Assembly (NCBI GenBank): GCA_964627305.1
Contig: CAZVHP010000004.1
Span: 207,971 to 271,970 of the forward strand
DNA length: 64,000 nucleotides
From: an uncultured Ignavibacteriales bacterium
Lineage (GTDB): Bacteria > Zixibacteria > MSB-5A5 > GN15 > FEB-12
Direction: 5' to 3'
Positions 37,486 to 47,213 of the stretch are shown here, piece after piece. A program made the translations under genes and the position numbers. A model generated the notes under the pieces. It had not been told where the DNA came from. It did no database searches and saw only the letters and a program-made list of their open reading frames with translations. How positions within the stretch are numbered: the first letter of the stretch is position 1; the number at the start of each line of letters is the position of its first letter.

Positions 37486-39000
37486 TCAGAACCCGTAAAT
37501 CTCGCCGTACTTGGCCTTCATATAGTCCATTGTCGGGCGATGATCCAGCGGGCTGCCGGTGACCACTTCCACCAGCCTGGTCGCCCGATAGCGCTGTCCC
37601 TGAAGGTGGATCTTCTCGCGCAGCCAGTTGCGCAGATTGACCAACTCACCCCGTTCAAACTGCTGCTCCAGATCAGGTATCTCCTTTTTCGCCTGATTGA
37701 AAAACTGCGCCGAATACAGATTCCCCAGCGTGTAGGTCGGGAAATAGCCGATCAAACCGGCACTCCAGTGGACATCCTGAAGGCACCCGTTGGCATCCTT
37801 GTCCACCTTGATGCCGAAGTACTTCTCGAAGCGGCTGTTCCATTCCCCCGGAATGTCAGCCGGCTTCAGATCACCAGTCAGCATGGCCCGCTCCAGCTCG
37901 AAACGAAGCAGGATATGCAGGTTATACGTGCACTCGTCGGCCTCGACCCTGATGTACGATGGCGTCACATTGTTGATCGCGGCATAGAAATCATCAAGCT
38001 TCACACCCGCCAGCGAGTCCCTGAACAAGTGCTGCAGAATCGGGAAGAAGTGCCGCCAGAACGGCCGGGACCGCCCCACCTGGTTCTCCCACATGCGCGA
38101 TTGCGACTCATGAATACCCAGCGACACAGACTCGCCCATCGGCGTCCCGAAATACTCGGTCTTGGGAAGACCCGACTCGTACAACCCGTGACCAGCCTCG
38201 TGCATTGTCCCAAACAGCGCGTCATTCAACCGCCTTGGATTGTACCGGGTAAGAATACGGGTATCACCATACCCGATACCGGTACAGAACGGATGCGTGG
38301 TGACATCCAGACGCCCGGCCCTGAAATCGAATCCCATCGCCGAGGCCACCATCTCACCGAATATCCTCTGCTTGTCTACGTCGTACTCACGCTCGACAAT
38401 GGAGACATCCGGCTTTTGCGGCGCTCCCTTGATCTTGTCCAGAAGATCAACCAGTTCATTACGAAGATTCGCGAAAACCTTCTCCACATCGTCCACCGTG
38501 GCTCCCGGCTCGTAGTCGTCCAGCAGGGCGTTGTACGGCTCCCCCTTGTAACCATACGCCTCCGCCTGCTGCCGCTTGAGCTTGAGAACTTTCTCCAGCC
38601 ACGGCTGGAAATGCTTGAAATCGGAGGTCTTGCGAGCCTGAACCCACTCCTTCTGCGCCATGGAGGTCGTCCGCGTTATCTCCTCCACCAGCTCCTTGGG
38701 AAGCTTGGTCTCCTTGTCGTACTGGTGCCGCAGTTCGCGGATATTAACTGCCTCCGGCGAGGTCTCGTCCTTCACCAAGTCCGATCCCTCCAACTCGGCA
38801 ATCAACTCTCCGACCCGCTTGTCGGTGAACTTCTCGTGCGCCATGCCCGCCAACAGACCCAGCTGCTCCGAACGCAGTGCTGTGCCCTCCGGCGGCATAT
38901 ATGTCTCCTGGTCCCAATGCAGGACCGATGCAGTCGAACTCAGGACAGCGACCTCACGGGTGCGCCTCGTCAACTCCTCGTAGTGTTCCCTTGCCGACAT
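37486..39000 (-). CDS. Carboxypeptidase M32 (Taq-type)
   Basis: 504 aa. HEAGHGLYE zinc motif, HESQSRMWEN, DVHWSAG, GYFPTYTLGN. Confidence 0.9.
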   Translation of the reverse strand: MSAREHYEELTRRTREVAVLSSTASVLHWDQETYMPPEGTALRSEQLGLLAGMAHEKFTDKRVGELIAELEGSDLVKDETSPEAVNIRELRHQYDKETKLPKELVEEITRTTSMAQKEWVQARKTSDFKHFQPWLEKVLKLKRQQAEAYGYKGEPYNALLDDYEPGATVDDVEKVFANLRNELVDLLDKIKGAPQKPDVSIVEREYDVDKQRIFGEMVASAMGFDFRAGRLDVTTHPFCTGIGYGDTRILTRYNPRRLNDALFGTMHEAGHGLYESGLPKTEYFGTPMGESVSLGIHESQSRMWENQVGRSRPFWRHFFPILQHLFRDSLAGVKLDDFYAAINNVTPSYIRVEADECTYNLHILLRFELERAMLTGDLKPADIPGEWNSRFEKYFGIKVDKDANGCLQDVHWSAGLIGYFPTYTLGNLYSAQFFNQAKKEIPDLEQQFERGELVNLRNWLREKIHLQGQRYRATRLVEVVTGSPLDHRPTMDYMKAKYGEIYGF

Positions 39001-39109
39001 AAGTGCTCCTTATTGCGTATTGATCAAAGCGTGTTCCTCACATTACTGCAACAGACGGCAAAAATAAGCAAAAGTTCCCCTGCTGGCAACCAAACCCGCC
39101 GTGATTCTC

Positions 39110-39146
39110 CCCAAAACAAAAAGACCGGCCAGATCCGGCCGGTCTC
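39110..39146 (-). terminator. Rho-independent terminator after the thioredoxin-like gene
   Basis: Minus strand reads GAGACCGGCC-GGATCT-GGCCGGTCT followed by TTTTGTTTTGGGG. Confidence 0.65.
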
Positions 39147-39176
39147 GCTAACGTCACCCTGATCACCGCAGGCAAT

Positions 39177-39719
39177 CTACTTCTTCTGCCTGCCCTCGTC
39201 CTTGGACTGCGGCTCATTGGCACTGATCGTGTCATACCCCCGGTTCTTCACGAACTCCAGCACTTCCACTATGTCAGGCTTCGGACGGTAACCACGAATC
39301 ATCCCGATCTTCGTGCCATCGGGCTTGAGAAACCAGAACGACGGATAACCGTTCACCCCATACTCACGCGCCGTAAGATTCTTCTCACTGATCTTGTAAC
39401 CATCGATATCCAGCTCCCGCTTCGAGTCGCCATCGACCTGAATCGGTACGAAGTGGTCATTGACAAGCTGAATCACATACGGATCACTGAACGTCTCGGC
39501 ATCCATCTTCTTGCACCACCCACACCAACTGGTGGTAAAATCAATAAACACGTGCTTGTCCTCTTTGGCGGCTTTGGCCAGCCCCTCGTCGTAACGCATC
39601 CAGGTAATCTCGTATACCTTCTCCGTCTTCTTGCCGGAGGTGCTGTCGCTGTCGGCAGCGGTCAGCGAAAACGCCGCGGCCAGAAGCATAATCAAGGCGA
39701 AAAGGGTCATTCGTTGCAT
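39177..39719 (-). CDS. Secreted thioredoxin-fold protein (CxxC)
   Basis: Signal peptide MQRMTLFALIMLLAAAFSLTA. Active site WCGWCKKMD. The start is uncertain (ATGs at 39719, 39740, 39710). Confidence 0.75.
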   Translation of the reverse strand: MQRMTLFALIMLLAAAFSLTAADSDSTSGKKTEKVYEITWMRYDEGLAKAAKEDKHVFIDFTTSWCGWCKKMDAETFSDPYVIQLVNDHFVPIQVDGDSKRELDIDGYKISEKNLTAREYGVNGYPSFWFLKPDGTKIGMIRGYRPKPDIVEVLEFVKNRGYDTISANEPQSKDEGRQKK

Positions 39720-39762
39720 AGTCGTCGCGTCTTTCGGCATCGGGTATCGTGTCAAATCAGTC

Positions 39763-42700
39763 TTATTGCGAAACGGGCGGGCTGCTCGGCATCTGCTCAA
39801 TTGGTCGCAAGTAGGCCCGGGACTCTCCGAGCAGATCCTTTAACGTGTCGAGCAGCTCGAAATCGAGCCTCACCTTGTATTTTCGTGAGCGAATGTAATA
39901 CTCACCGCCGTTGTCGCGGGCCGCCAGAAGTACCGGCGCCACTCCCTCGTACTCGGTCAGCGAGGACAGCACCTGATCAATAATCTGATCGGTACAGTCA
40001 ACATCGACTTTTATAACCAACTGGCAATTAAATCGTTCCGTCAGGGCCGACATCGGCACCACCTCGCTGGCGATCACCTTCGGCGCCTCCCCCTCCCGGG
40101 TCGTCAGCCGCCCTTCCAGCCAGATCAGGGCATCGGCCTGCATGCACTCCCGGCACTTCTCGTATACCGAGGAGAACACGATCACCTCCAGCGACCCGGT
40201 GAAATCCTCTACCGTCACAAACGCCATCGTGTTACCACGCTTGTCCAGCATCGTCTTCAGCCCCGCGACAATCCCCCCAACCGCCACCGTCTGCCCATCC
40301 GCCGCTGCTTTGAGCGCCGCCACCGCGTGGCTCGTGAAGGCCTCCATTTCGCGACGATACTTATCCAGTGGATGCCCGGATACATAAAAACCCAGCATCT
40401 GCTTCTCGCGCGTGAGCTTCTCCGAACTGGTCCAGTCCGGGACATCGGGCAGAGCCGGCGCCACCCGCGCCACCGCCCCGGCCGTGTCAGCGAACAGATC
40501 ATGACTGGCAGTGGCAGCCGACACTTTGTGCCCGTACTCCATGGCCAGCTCCAGCCCCTCGAACTTCTGGGCACGCGTACCCTGAAGCGAATCACAGGCT
40601 CCGGCAGCAATGACAGACTCCAGCGTGCGGCGGTTCAACGACCGCGCCGCCACCCGGCTGGTCAGGTCACACAGCGTGTCATAACGGCCGCCGCTTTGCC
40701 GCTCCTCCACGATCGCACGCGCCGGACCCGCCCCGACATTCTTGATCGCCTGCAAACCGAAACGGATCGTCCCCTCACAGACCGAGAAGTCCACCTGCGA
40801 CTCGTTCACATCCGGCGGCATCACCGCAATCCCCATCCGACGACACTCCTCCAGCAGCATATTGACCCGGTCGGAATCACTGATTTCCGAGGTCATCAGG
40901 GCCGCCATGAACTCCGCCGGATAGTAACGCTTCAGCCAGGCCGTCTGATATGCCACAAACGCATAACACGTGGAATGCGCCTTGTTGAACCCGTAGCGCG
41001 CAAACGTCTCAATCTGATGGAATACCTCCTCGGAAATACTCCGCTCGATCCCCATGCGATCAGCTCCGGCCAGGAACTCCTTCTTCTGGGCATCCATCAG
41101 CGCCTTGACTTTCTTCCCCATCGCCTTGCGCAGCAGATCCGCCTTGCCCATTGAATACCCGGCCATCTTGTTGGCAATCTTGAGCACCTGCTCCTGGAAA
41201 ACAATCACACCGTAGGTATCCTCAAGAATCTCCCGGAGGATCGGGTGCAAAAAGGTAACCTCCTCAATCCCCTTCTTGCGATTGATGTAACTGTCGATCA
41301 TCCCCGAATCCAGCGGACCCGGCCGATACAGCGCATTCATAGCCGTGATATCGGTGAACGTCGAAGGCTTCAGCTTGCGCAGGTACTCGCGCATTCCGGG
41401 CGACTCAAACTGGAACAGGCCGATCGTCTCGCCCCGCGCAAACAACCGATACACCTCCGGATCATCCAGCGGCGGCTTCTCGATATCGAAACTCGCCTCA
41501 GGATGATTCTCCCGGATCATGCGAAGCGCGTCATCTATGACCGTCAGCGTCTTCAGTCCCAGAAAGTCCATCTTCAGCAGGCCGATATCCTCCACCCGCT
41601 TCATATCATACTGCGTCGTGACCTCATCGCGAGACCCCTTGAACAACGGCACGTAGTTGGTCAGCGCCGAGGGCGCGATCACCACCCCCGCCGCATGAGT
41701 CGAACAATGCCGCGCCAGCCCCTCCAGCGTGCGTGACAACGCAATCAGCCTGGCCACGCGCTGGTCCGTCTCGACCAGTTGCTTCAGATCCGGCGATTCC
41801 TTCAGCGCCCGCTCCAGCGTCATATCCACCGCCAACGGAATCATCTTGGCGATCCGGTCCACCTCGCCATAGGGGATATTCATCACCCGGCCGACATCGC
41901 GAACCACCGCCCGTGCCGCCATCGTCCCGAACGTGATGATCTGGCACACGTTGTCCTTACCGTATTTCTCAATCACGTACTGGATGATCTTCTCACGCCC
42001 CCGATCAGCAAAATCAATATCGATATCCGGCATTGAGATTCGCTCCGGATTCAAAAACCGCTCAAACAGCAGCCCGAACCGAATGGGATCAATACTCGTT
42101 ATTCCCAGCGCGTACGATACCAACGACCCCGCCGCCGACCCGCGACCAGGCCCCACCCGAACATTCATGCTGCGTGCGTGATCGCAGAAATCCTTCACGA
42201 TCAGAAAATACCCGGCGTACCCCATCTGCCGTATCACCCCCAGCTCATAGGCCAGGCGCTGCTCGATCTCCTCGGTCACCTCCTCATACAACTGCTCGAT
42301 CCCCTCCCGGCACAAATGCTCCAGATACTCCTCCGGCCCGGCATGCGGCCGCGGGATCGGGAAAACCGGAAGCTTCAGCTCCCCCATCGACAACTTCAGA
42401 TTACACCGCTCGGCAATCTCCATCGTATTTTCCAGCGCCTGCGGATAATCCCCCAGCACCCCCTTCATCTCCTCGGCCGACTTGAAATAGATCTGGTCCG
42501 TATTGTAACGCATCCGGTCCGTGTCCGTGATCATCTTGCCCGTCTGGATGCACAAGAGAGCATCGTGCGCCTCATAATCCTCCCGCCGCAAATAGTGGCA
42601 GTCATTGGTCGCCACCAGCGGTATCCCCGTCTCCTTGCTCACCGAAACCAGCTTCGGAAGAAGCACCTGCTCCTGTTCCAACCCGTGATTCTGAATCTCG

Positions 42701-43230
42701 ATAAAGAAATTCCCCTCACCGAATATCTCCAGATACTCGCGCGCTGTCGCCACCGCCTCATCGGTATGCCCCCGCAGCAAGTGCCAGTTCACCTCCCCCT
42801 TCAAACAAGCGCTGGTGGCTATCAATCCCGACGAATGCTCCCGCAACAACTCCTTGTCCACCCGCGGGCGATGATAAAACCCCTCCAGAAACCCTCTGGA
42901 AGTCAGCTTCATCAGGTTCTGGTACCCCGCCTCATCCTTGACCAGCAGCACCAGGTGAAACCCGCCGTCGGGATACGCATTCGAGGGCTTCTTGTCGAAA
43001 CGACTCCCCCCGGCGACATAGATCTCACACCCGATTATCGGCTTCAACCCGACCTTGGTCGCCTTCTGGTAAAACTCCACCGCGCCGAACATGTTGCCAT
43101 GATCGGTCACCGCCAGCGCCGGCATCTTCATCTCCTGCGCCAGCGCCACCAGCGCATCCAGATGACAAGCGCCATCGAGCAACGAATACTGGCTGTGCGT
43201 ATGCAGATGTACGAAATTCTCGCGCTTCAT
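39763..43230 (-). CDS. dnaE: DNA polymerase III alpha subunit
   Basis: 1155 aa. PHP domain FVHLHTHSQYSLLDG, polymerase core, HhH, and OB fold at the C-terminus. Confidence 0.97.
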   Translation of the reverse strand: MKRENFVHLHTHSQYSLLDGACHLDALVALAQEMKMPALAVTDHGNMFGAVEFYQKATKVGLKPIIGCEIYVAGGSRFDKKPSNAYPDGGFHLVLLVKDEAGYQNLMKLTSRGFLEGFYHRPRVDKELLREHSSGLIATSACLKGEVNWHLLRGHTDEAVATAREYLEIFGEGNFFIEIQNHGLEQEQVLLPKLVSVSKETGIPLVATNDCHYLRREDYEAHDALLCIQTGKMITDTDRMRYNTDQIYFKSAEEMKGVLGDYPQALENTMEIAERCNLKLSMGELKLPVFPIPRPHAGPEEYLEHLCREGIEQLYEEVTEEIEQRLAYELGVIRQMGYAGYFLIVKDFCDHARSMNVRVGPGRGSAAGSLVSYALGITSIDPIRFGLLFERFLNPERISMPDIDIDFADRGREKIIQYVIEKYGKDNVCQIITFGTMAARAVVRDVGRVMNIPYGEVDRIAKMIPLAVDMTLERALKESPDLKQLVETDQRVARLIALSRTLEGLARHCSTHAAGVVIAPSALTNYVPLFKGSRDEVTTQYDMKRVEDIGLLKMDFLGLKTLTVIDDALRMIRENHPEASFDIEKPPLDDPEVYRLFARGETIGLFQFESPGMREYLRKLKPSTFTDITAMNALYRPGPLDSGMIDSYINRKKGIEEVTFLHPILREILEDTYGVIVFQEQVLKIANKMAGYSMGKADLLRKAMGKKVKALMDAQKKEFLAGADRMGIERSISEEVFHQIETFARYGFNKAHSTCYAFVAYQTAWLKRYYPAEFMAALMTSEISDSDRVNMLLEECRRMGIAVMPPDVNESQVDFSVCEGTIRFGLQAIKNVGAGPARAIVEERQSGGRYDTLCDLTSRVAARSLNRRTLESVIAAGACDSLQGTRAQKFEGLELAMEYGHKVSAATASHDLFADTAGAVARVAPALPDVPDWTSSEKLTREKQMLGFYVSGHPLDKYRREMEAFTSHAVAALKAAADGQTVAVGGIVAGLKTMLDKRGNTMAFVTVEDFTGSLEVIVFSSVYEKCRECMQADALIWLEGRLTTREGEAPKVIASEVVPMSALTERFNCQLVIKVDVDCTDQIIDQVLSSLTEYEGVAPVLLAARDNGGEYYIRSRKYKVRLDFELLDTLKDLLGESRAYLRPIEQMPSSPPVSQ

Positions 43231-43724
43231 CGTCTGTGAACTACTCTTTCCGGTTTACTTCGTCATCATGCGGACAAAGGTGATCTCCGACATCAGCCGT
43301 CCCCACCCATTGTACGACACCACTATGGGAATCGTCAATCCCTTTCCCGGCACAATGGCCGACCGCCACAAAAAACCGGGCGGGCAACCTGTCATCACTC
43401 AGATCACCCGCCCATCATAATATGGCGGCACGAGAACGCGGCGCAGCCGGGAGAACCCTGACCGCAGACTTCTCTGCCAGTCTGACGGGCCGCCCCCACC
43501 AAACGTGCAGCATAGCCCGCAATCCTGCCAGTCTCACTATTTCCCCAACGCAAACGAATTTCGACTGACAGCGCCTGTCAGGGCTGTTGACTATTTTGCT
43601 TACAAGTCAAATGTGATATATTGAACGCAAACTTGTGACTATCATACGAGCCGATACCCGTGCCGAAAACAAGCGCCCAATACAGGCGACGGACAAGCGT
43701 TCACTCCAAACTCGTTAAGTGACT

Positions 43725-44813
43725 ATGGCAAACAAGAAAACTGCGATAAAGAAAGGTTCAGAGAACATGGCAACCGGAACCGGAGCAGACCGAAAAAAAG
43801 CCCTTGAGGCCGCCCTGACCCAGATCGAGCGCTCCTTCGGCAAAGGCTCCATCATGCGGCTGGGCAACGGTACCGTCCTGCAGGTCGACACCATCTCCAC
43901 CGGCTCCATCGGGCTGGATCACGCCCTCGGCGTCGGCGGTATCCCCCGCGGACGGGTCACCGAAATCTACGGCCCGGAATCCTCCGGCAAAACCACGATG
44001 GCCCTGCACGCTATCGCCGAGGCCCAGAAAGCCGGCGGCGTGGCCGCCTTCATCGATGCCGAGCACGCCCTCGACGCCACCTATGCCCGCGCCCTCGGAG
44101 TCGATGTCGACAACCTGCTGGTCAGCCAGCCCGACACCGGCGAACAGGCCCTGGACATCACCGAAACCCTCGTGCGCTCCAGCGCCGTCGATATCATCGT
44201 CGTCGACTCCGTCGCCGCCCTCACCCCCCGCTCGGAGATCGAGGGCGAGATGGGCGATGCCCACATGGGCCTGCAGGCCCGCCTCATGAGTCAGGCCCTG
44301 CGCAAACTCACCGCCATTATCTCCAAGTCCAAAACCGCCCTGCTGTTCATCAACCAGATCCGCATGAAAATCGGCGTCATGTTCGGCAACCCCGAAACCA
44401 CCACCGGCGGCAACGCCCTCAAGTTCTACTGCTCCTGCCGACTGGACATCCGCCGCATTGCCGCCATCAAGGACGGCCAGGAAGTCATCGGCTCGCGCAC
44501 CCGTGTCCGCGTCGTCAAAAACAAGGTCGCCCCACCCTTCAGAGAGACCGAATTCGATATCATCTACGGCAAGGGCATCTCCCGCTCCGGCGAGCTTCTC
44601 GATATCGCGGTCAACAACGGCATCATCGACAAGTCCGGCGCCTGGTTCAGCTACGGCTCCGACCGCCTGGGCCAGGGACGCGAAAACGCCAAGACCTTCA
44701 TCGAGGAAAACCCCGACCTCTACGAGGATATCTACGGCAAGGTCCGCGTCGTCCTGGGAATGACGAAGGAGCCCGTGACAGAGACCACCACAGAAGCGGA
44801 AGCGGAGGTGTAA
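43725..44813 (+). CDS. recA: Recombinase A
   Basis: Walker [10 protein letters not shown]; L1/L2 loops; [23 protein letters not shown]. The start is ATG at 43725 or 43767; the latter gives the usual N-terminal length. Confidence 0.97.
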   Translation: MANKKTAIKKGSENMATGTGADRKKALEAALTQIERSFGKGSIMRLGNGTVLQVDTISTGSIGLDHALGVGGIPRGRVTEIYGPESSGKTTMALHAIAEAQKAGGVAAFIDAEHALDATYARALGVDVDNLLVSQPDTGEQALDITETLVRSSAVDIIVVDSVAALTPRSEIEGEMGDAHMGLQARLMSQALRKLTAIISKSKTALLFINQIRMKIGVMFGNPETTTGGNALKFYCSCRLDIRRIAAIKDGQEVIGSRTRVRVVKNKVAPPFRETEFDIIYGKGISRSGELLDIAVNNGIIDKSGAWFSYGSDRLGQGRENAKTFIEENPDLYEDIYGKVRVVLGMTKEPVTETTTEAEAEV

Positions 44814-44877
44814 GGAGGACACAGAAGACACAGAATGACTCGCCCGCCTTGCACGTTCAACACGGGGCGGGACAGGC

Positions 44878-44907
44878 TTGACAAGGATGCCCATTACTTG
44901 TTATAGT
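44878..44907 (+). promoter_or_regulatory. Near-consensus sigma70 promoter
   Basis: TTGACA (44878-44883), N18, TATAGT (44902-44907), about 45 nt upstream of the ATG at 44951. Confidence 0.55.
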
Positions 44908-44950
44908 GCATCCGAAGCAGGGTAACACACACAAACGTAGGGGGTATCCT

Positions 44951-47119
44951 ATGACAAGAACTCTACTTGCGATCGCTCTGTTGATAGCGTCGGCTTCCGT
45001 CCAGGCCGGAATTATTCACGTTCCGGCAGATCAGCCGACCATTCAGACAGGTATTGACGCTGCAGCGGACGGCGACACCGTGCTGATTGCATCGGGAGTG
45101 TACAGCGGCGAAGGCAACGAAGGTGTCACGATCATCAACAGGCAGCTTGCCGTACACGGCGAACCCGGGACAGTCATCGGCGGTAACATGGCTGTCTTTG
45201 AGTCCCAGCTGTCTCTTCGAGAATTGCAGATCAGTGGCGGTGAGATAGGCATACTGGTCGAGGGAAATGTCCTCTCGCTGCACACTGTTGCGATAGTGGG
45301 TGCCAGCACGGGGCTCTTTTGCAATGACGTTTGGCTCTCGGCAGACAGTTGTCTGATCAGCAACAATGGGGTTGGCGCTGAGGCATTGGATGCCGGCCTT
45401 TTGGAGCTCGATTGGTGTACTTTTGAGGGTAACGGCACTGCCCTGAAGCCCTGGGGCAGCATAACCTGCCATATTACTCGTTGCGACTTCTCCAACAACG
45501 GAGCAGCCGTCAGTTGCGTTGTAACCGATGTTCAATGTGCCAATGTCATTTGCACAGGATCTGATTTCACAGATAACGGTGTTGTGTTCTCAGGGAACGC
45601 GGGAGCAACGAACTGCTCCTTCGAGGGAAACGGCATCGTCTGCATGACCAAGTGGCCATTTGGAGTTCATCTGGCAAGCTCTCTTGTGACGGGCAATGAT
45701 CTCGTGGCAACGCATGGGATGATAGACGATAGACGCGTCACAGTCGATCATGAGCACCCGATCCGGGACTACATAGGGCTCGGATTCACTACCTGTGAGA
45801 TTGTTGCCAATGCACGGGTGGCTAATGTCGACCCTGGGCAAGGAACCATCTGCCCAGAGGACTACGTCATCTTCCTGAACTTCAATGGGTGCCTGTTAGC
45901 ACACAACACAAAAGGTATTCGCATCGGTGGATGCTCGAGTCTGTCCGTTAAGAACTGCACACTTGAGTTCAATCTCGATAGTGTGATAGTTGTCGATGGC
46001 TACAACATCAACTTTGACCCCTGGACTCCGTCTGTTTTCCGAAGCAACTTTCGCCACAACAGTGGGCCGGCTATCCAGTCCACATACGGTGATCTGCGTG
46101 TAGTAGAATGCACCTTTGTCGACAACACAGCCGCGGTGCGCGGACAAGAAGCACAGAAACTGAGTATCTCAAATACCGTGATCACTAACAACGTTCAGGC
46201 GATTGATTGCAGCGGCTTGTACGAACTGGCGATCAGCAATTCCACGATCGCCCACAACCACAGCGACGGCATCCTCCTTGCCGATGGCGCCACCAATCTC
46301 AACTTGTCGCACAGCATCGTTGCCGCCAACTCCGGAGCGGGAATACACCTTGTCGAATTCACCGGTACCGTCACAGCGCAATGCAACAACTCGTTCGACA
46401 ACGCCCTCGGCAACTGGGATCCCTCCCTCGGCGACCTGACCGGCGTCGACGGCAATTTCTCCGCCGATCCGCTGTTCTGTGATCCCGAAAACGGCGATCT
46501 CCACATACACAACACCTCCCCCTGCGCCCCTGATAACAACCTCTGTGAAGCCATCATCGGCGCCCTCGGCGTCGGCTGCTATGCCCCCACCGCCGCCCTC
46601 TCACTCGACACCGTCTACGCCCTCATGGCATGGGCTATCGAACTGACCACCATCGACGTCACCATCGCTGGACCGGTCGACGGATACGCAGTGGCTGATA
46701 TCGACATCCCCTCACTGCTCGTCAACAGCTCGCTCAGCCCCCTGGCACACTCTCTCGACCCGGAACACCACAGCCTGACCTTCAGCATCCGCCTGCCCAC
46801 CTTCGTGTCCGGCTACGGCGTCCAATGGGGAACATCAATGAAAACCTTCGAGGTGTCCGGCCAGTTCACCGACAACCAGCCGTTCAGCCTCATCGGCAGT
46901 TTCATCTTCCGCGGGCACCGTGCCGGTGACCTTAATCTCGACGGTGCCGTAAATGTCGCCGACGTGACCCTGCTGACAGCGATTCTCTTTGACAACCATC
47001 CGGTCGATGATGGCCTGTGGCCCGACGTCAATGGCGATAACCGCACCAACGTGAGCGACCTGACCCTGCTCGTTGGACACCTGTTCAACGATGAGGCGTT
47101 GCCGACCGGCAGCTACTGA
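44951..47119 (+). CDS. Secreted right-handed parallel beta-helix (PbH1) repeat protein with C-terminal dockerin
   Basis: Signal peptide MTRTLLAIALLIASASVQA. Many NNG/GNG/DNG-turn PbH1 repeats. The C-terminus has two EF-hand-like dockerin segments, DLNLDGAVNVADVTLLTAILF and DVNGDNRTNVSDLTLLVGHLF. Confidence 0.8.
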   Translation: MTRTLLAIALLIASASVQAGIIHVPADQPTIQTGIDAAADGDTVLIASGVYSGEGNEGVTIINRQLAVHGEPGTVIGGNMAVFESQLSLRELQISGGEIGILVEGNVLSLHTVAIVGASTGLFCNDVWLSADSCLISNNGVGAEALDAGLLELDWCTFEGNGTALKPWGSITCHITRCDFSNNGAAVSCVVTDVQCANVICTGSDFTDNGVVFSGNAGATNCSFEGNGIVCMTKWPFGVHLASSLVTGNDLVATHGMIDDRRVTVDHEHPIRDYIGLGFTTCEIVANARVANVDPGQGTICPEDYVIFLNFNGCLLAHNTKGIRIGGCSSLSVKNCTLEFNLDSVIVVDGYNINFDPWTPSVFRSNFRHNSGPAIQSTYGDLRVVECTFVDNTAAVRGQEAQKLSISNTVITNNVQAIDCSGLYELAISNSTIAHNHSDGILLADGATNLNLSHSIVAANSGAGIHLVEFTGTVTAQCNNSFDNALGNWDPSLGDLTGVDGNFSADPLFCDPENGDLHIHNTSPCAPDNNLCEAIIGALGVGCYAPTAALSLDTVYALMAWAIELTTIDVTIAGPVDGYAVADIDIPSLLVNSSLSPLAHSLDPEHHSLTFSIRLPTFVSGYGVQWGTSMKTFEVSGQFTDNQPFSLIGSFIFRGHRAGDLNLDGAVNVADVTLLTAILFDNHPVDDGLWPDVNGDNRTNVSDLTLLVGHLFNDEALPTGSY

Positions 47120-47136
47120 CCTGCTTCCATGATATT

Positions 47137-47169
47137 GGGGGGGCGCCAGACCCCCCCAACACCCCCCCC
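47137..47169. repeat. Homopolymer cluster G7 / C7 / C8
   Basis: G7 at 47137-47143, C7 at 47151-47157 (these two can pair as a hairpin), C8 at 47162-47169. Lies between the dockerin-protein stop and the glycosylase start. Confidence 0.8.
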
Positions 47170-47213
47170 AAAAGTGATTGCCCAACACCCCGGGCGGGCT
47201 GTACCTTAACCCC

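Noticed and set aside
43430-43480. Minus-strand GGTCAGG... resembling the start of the SRP (4.5S) RNA domain IV motif.
   Set aside because: The following bases (GTTCTCCCGGCTGC) do not match the conserved GGUCCGGAAGGAAGCAGC core, and no complementary 3' half is evident.
37396-44894. Other long antisense ORFs: 37396-39162 (+, 588 aa), 40327-41154, 42178-43239 (+, 353 aa), 43758-44894 (-, 378 aa).
   Set aside because: They are mirror frames of the M32 carboxypeptidase, dnaE and recA genes. Composition is biased and no domain signatures are present.
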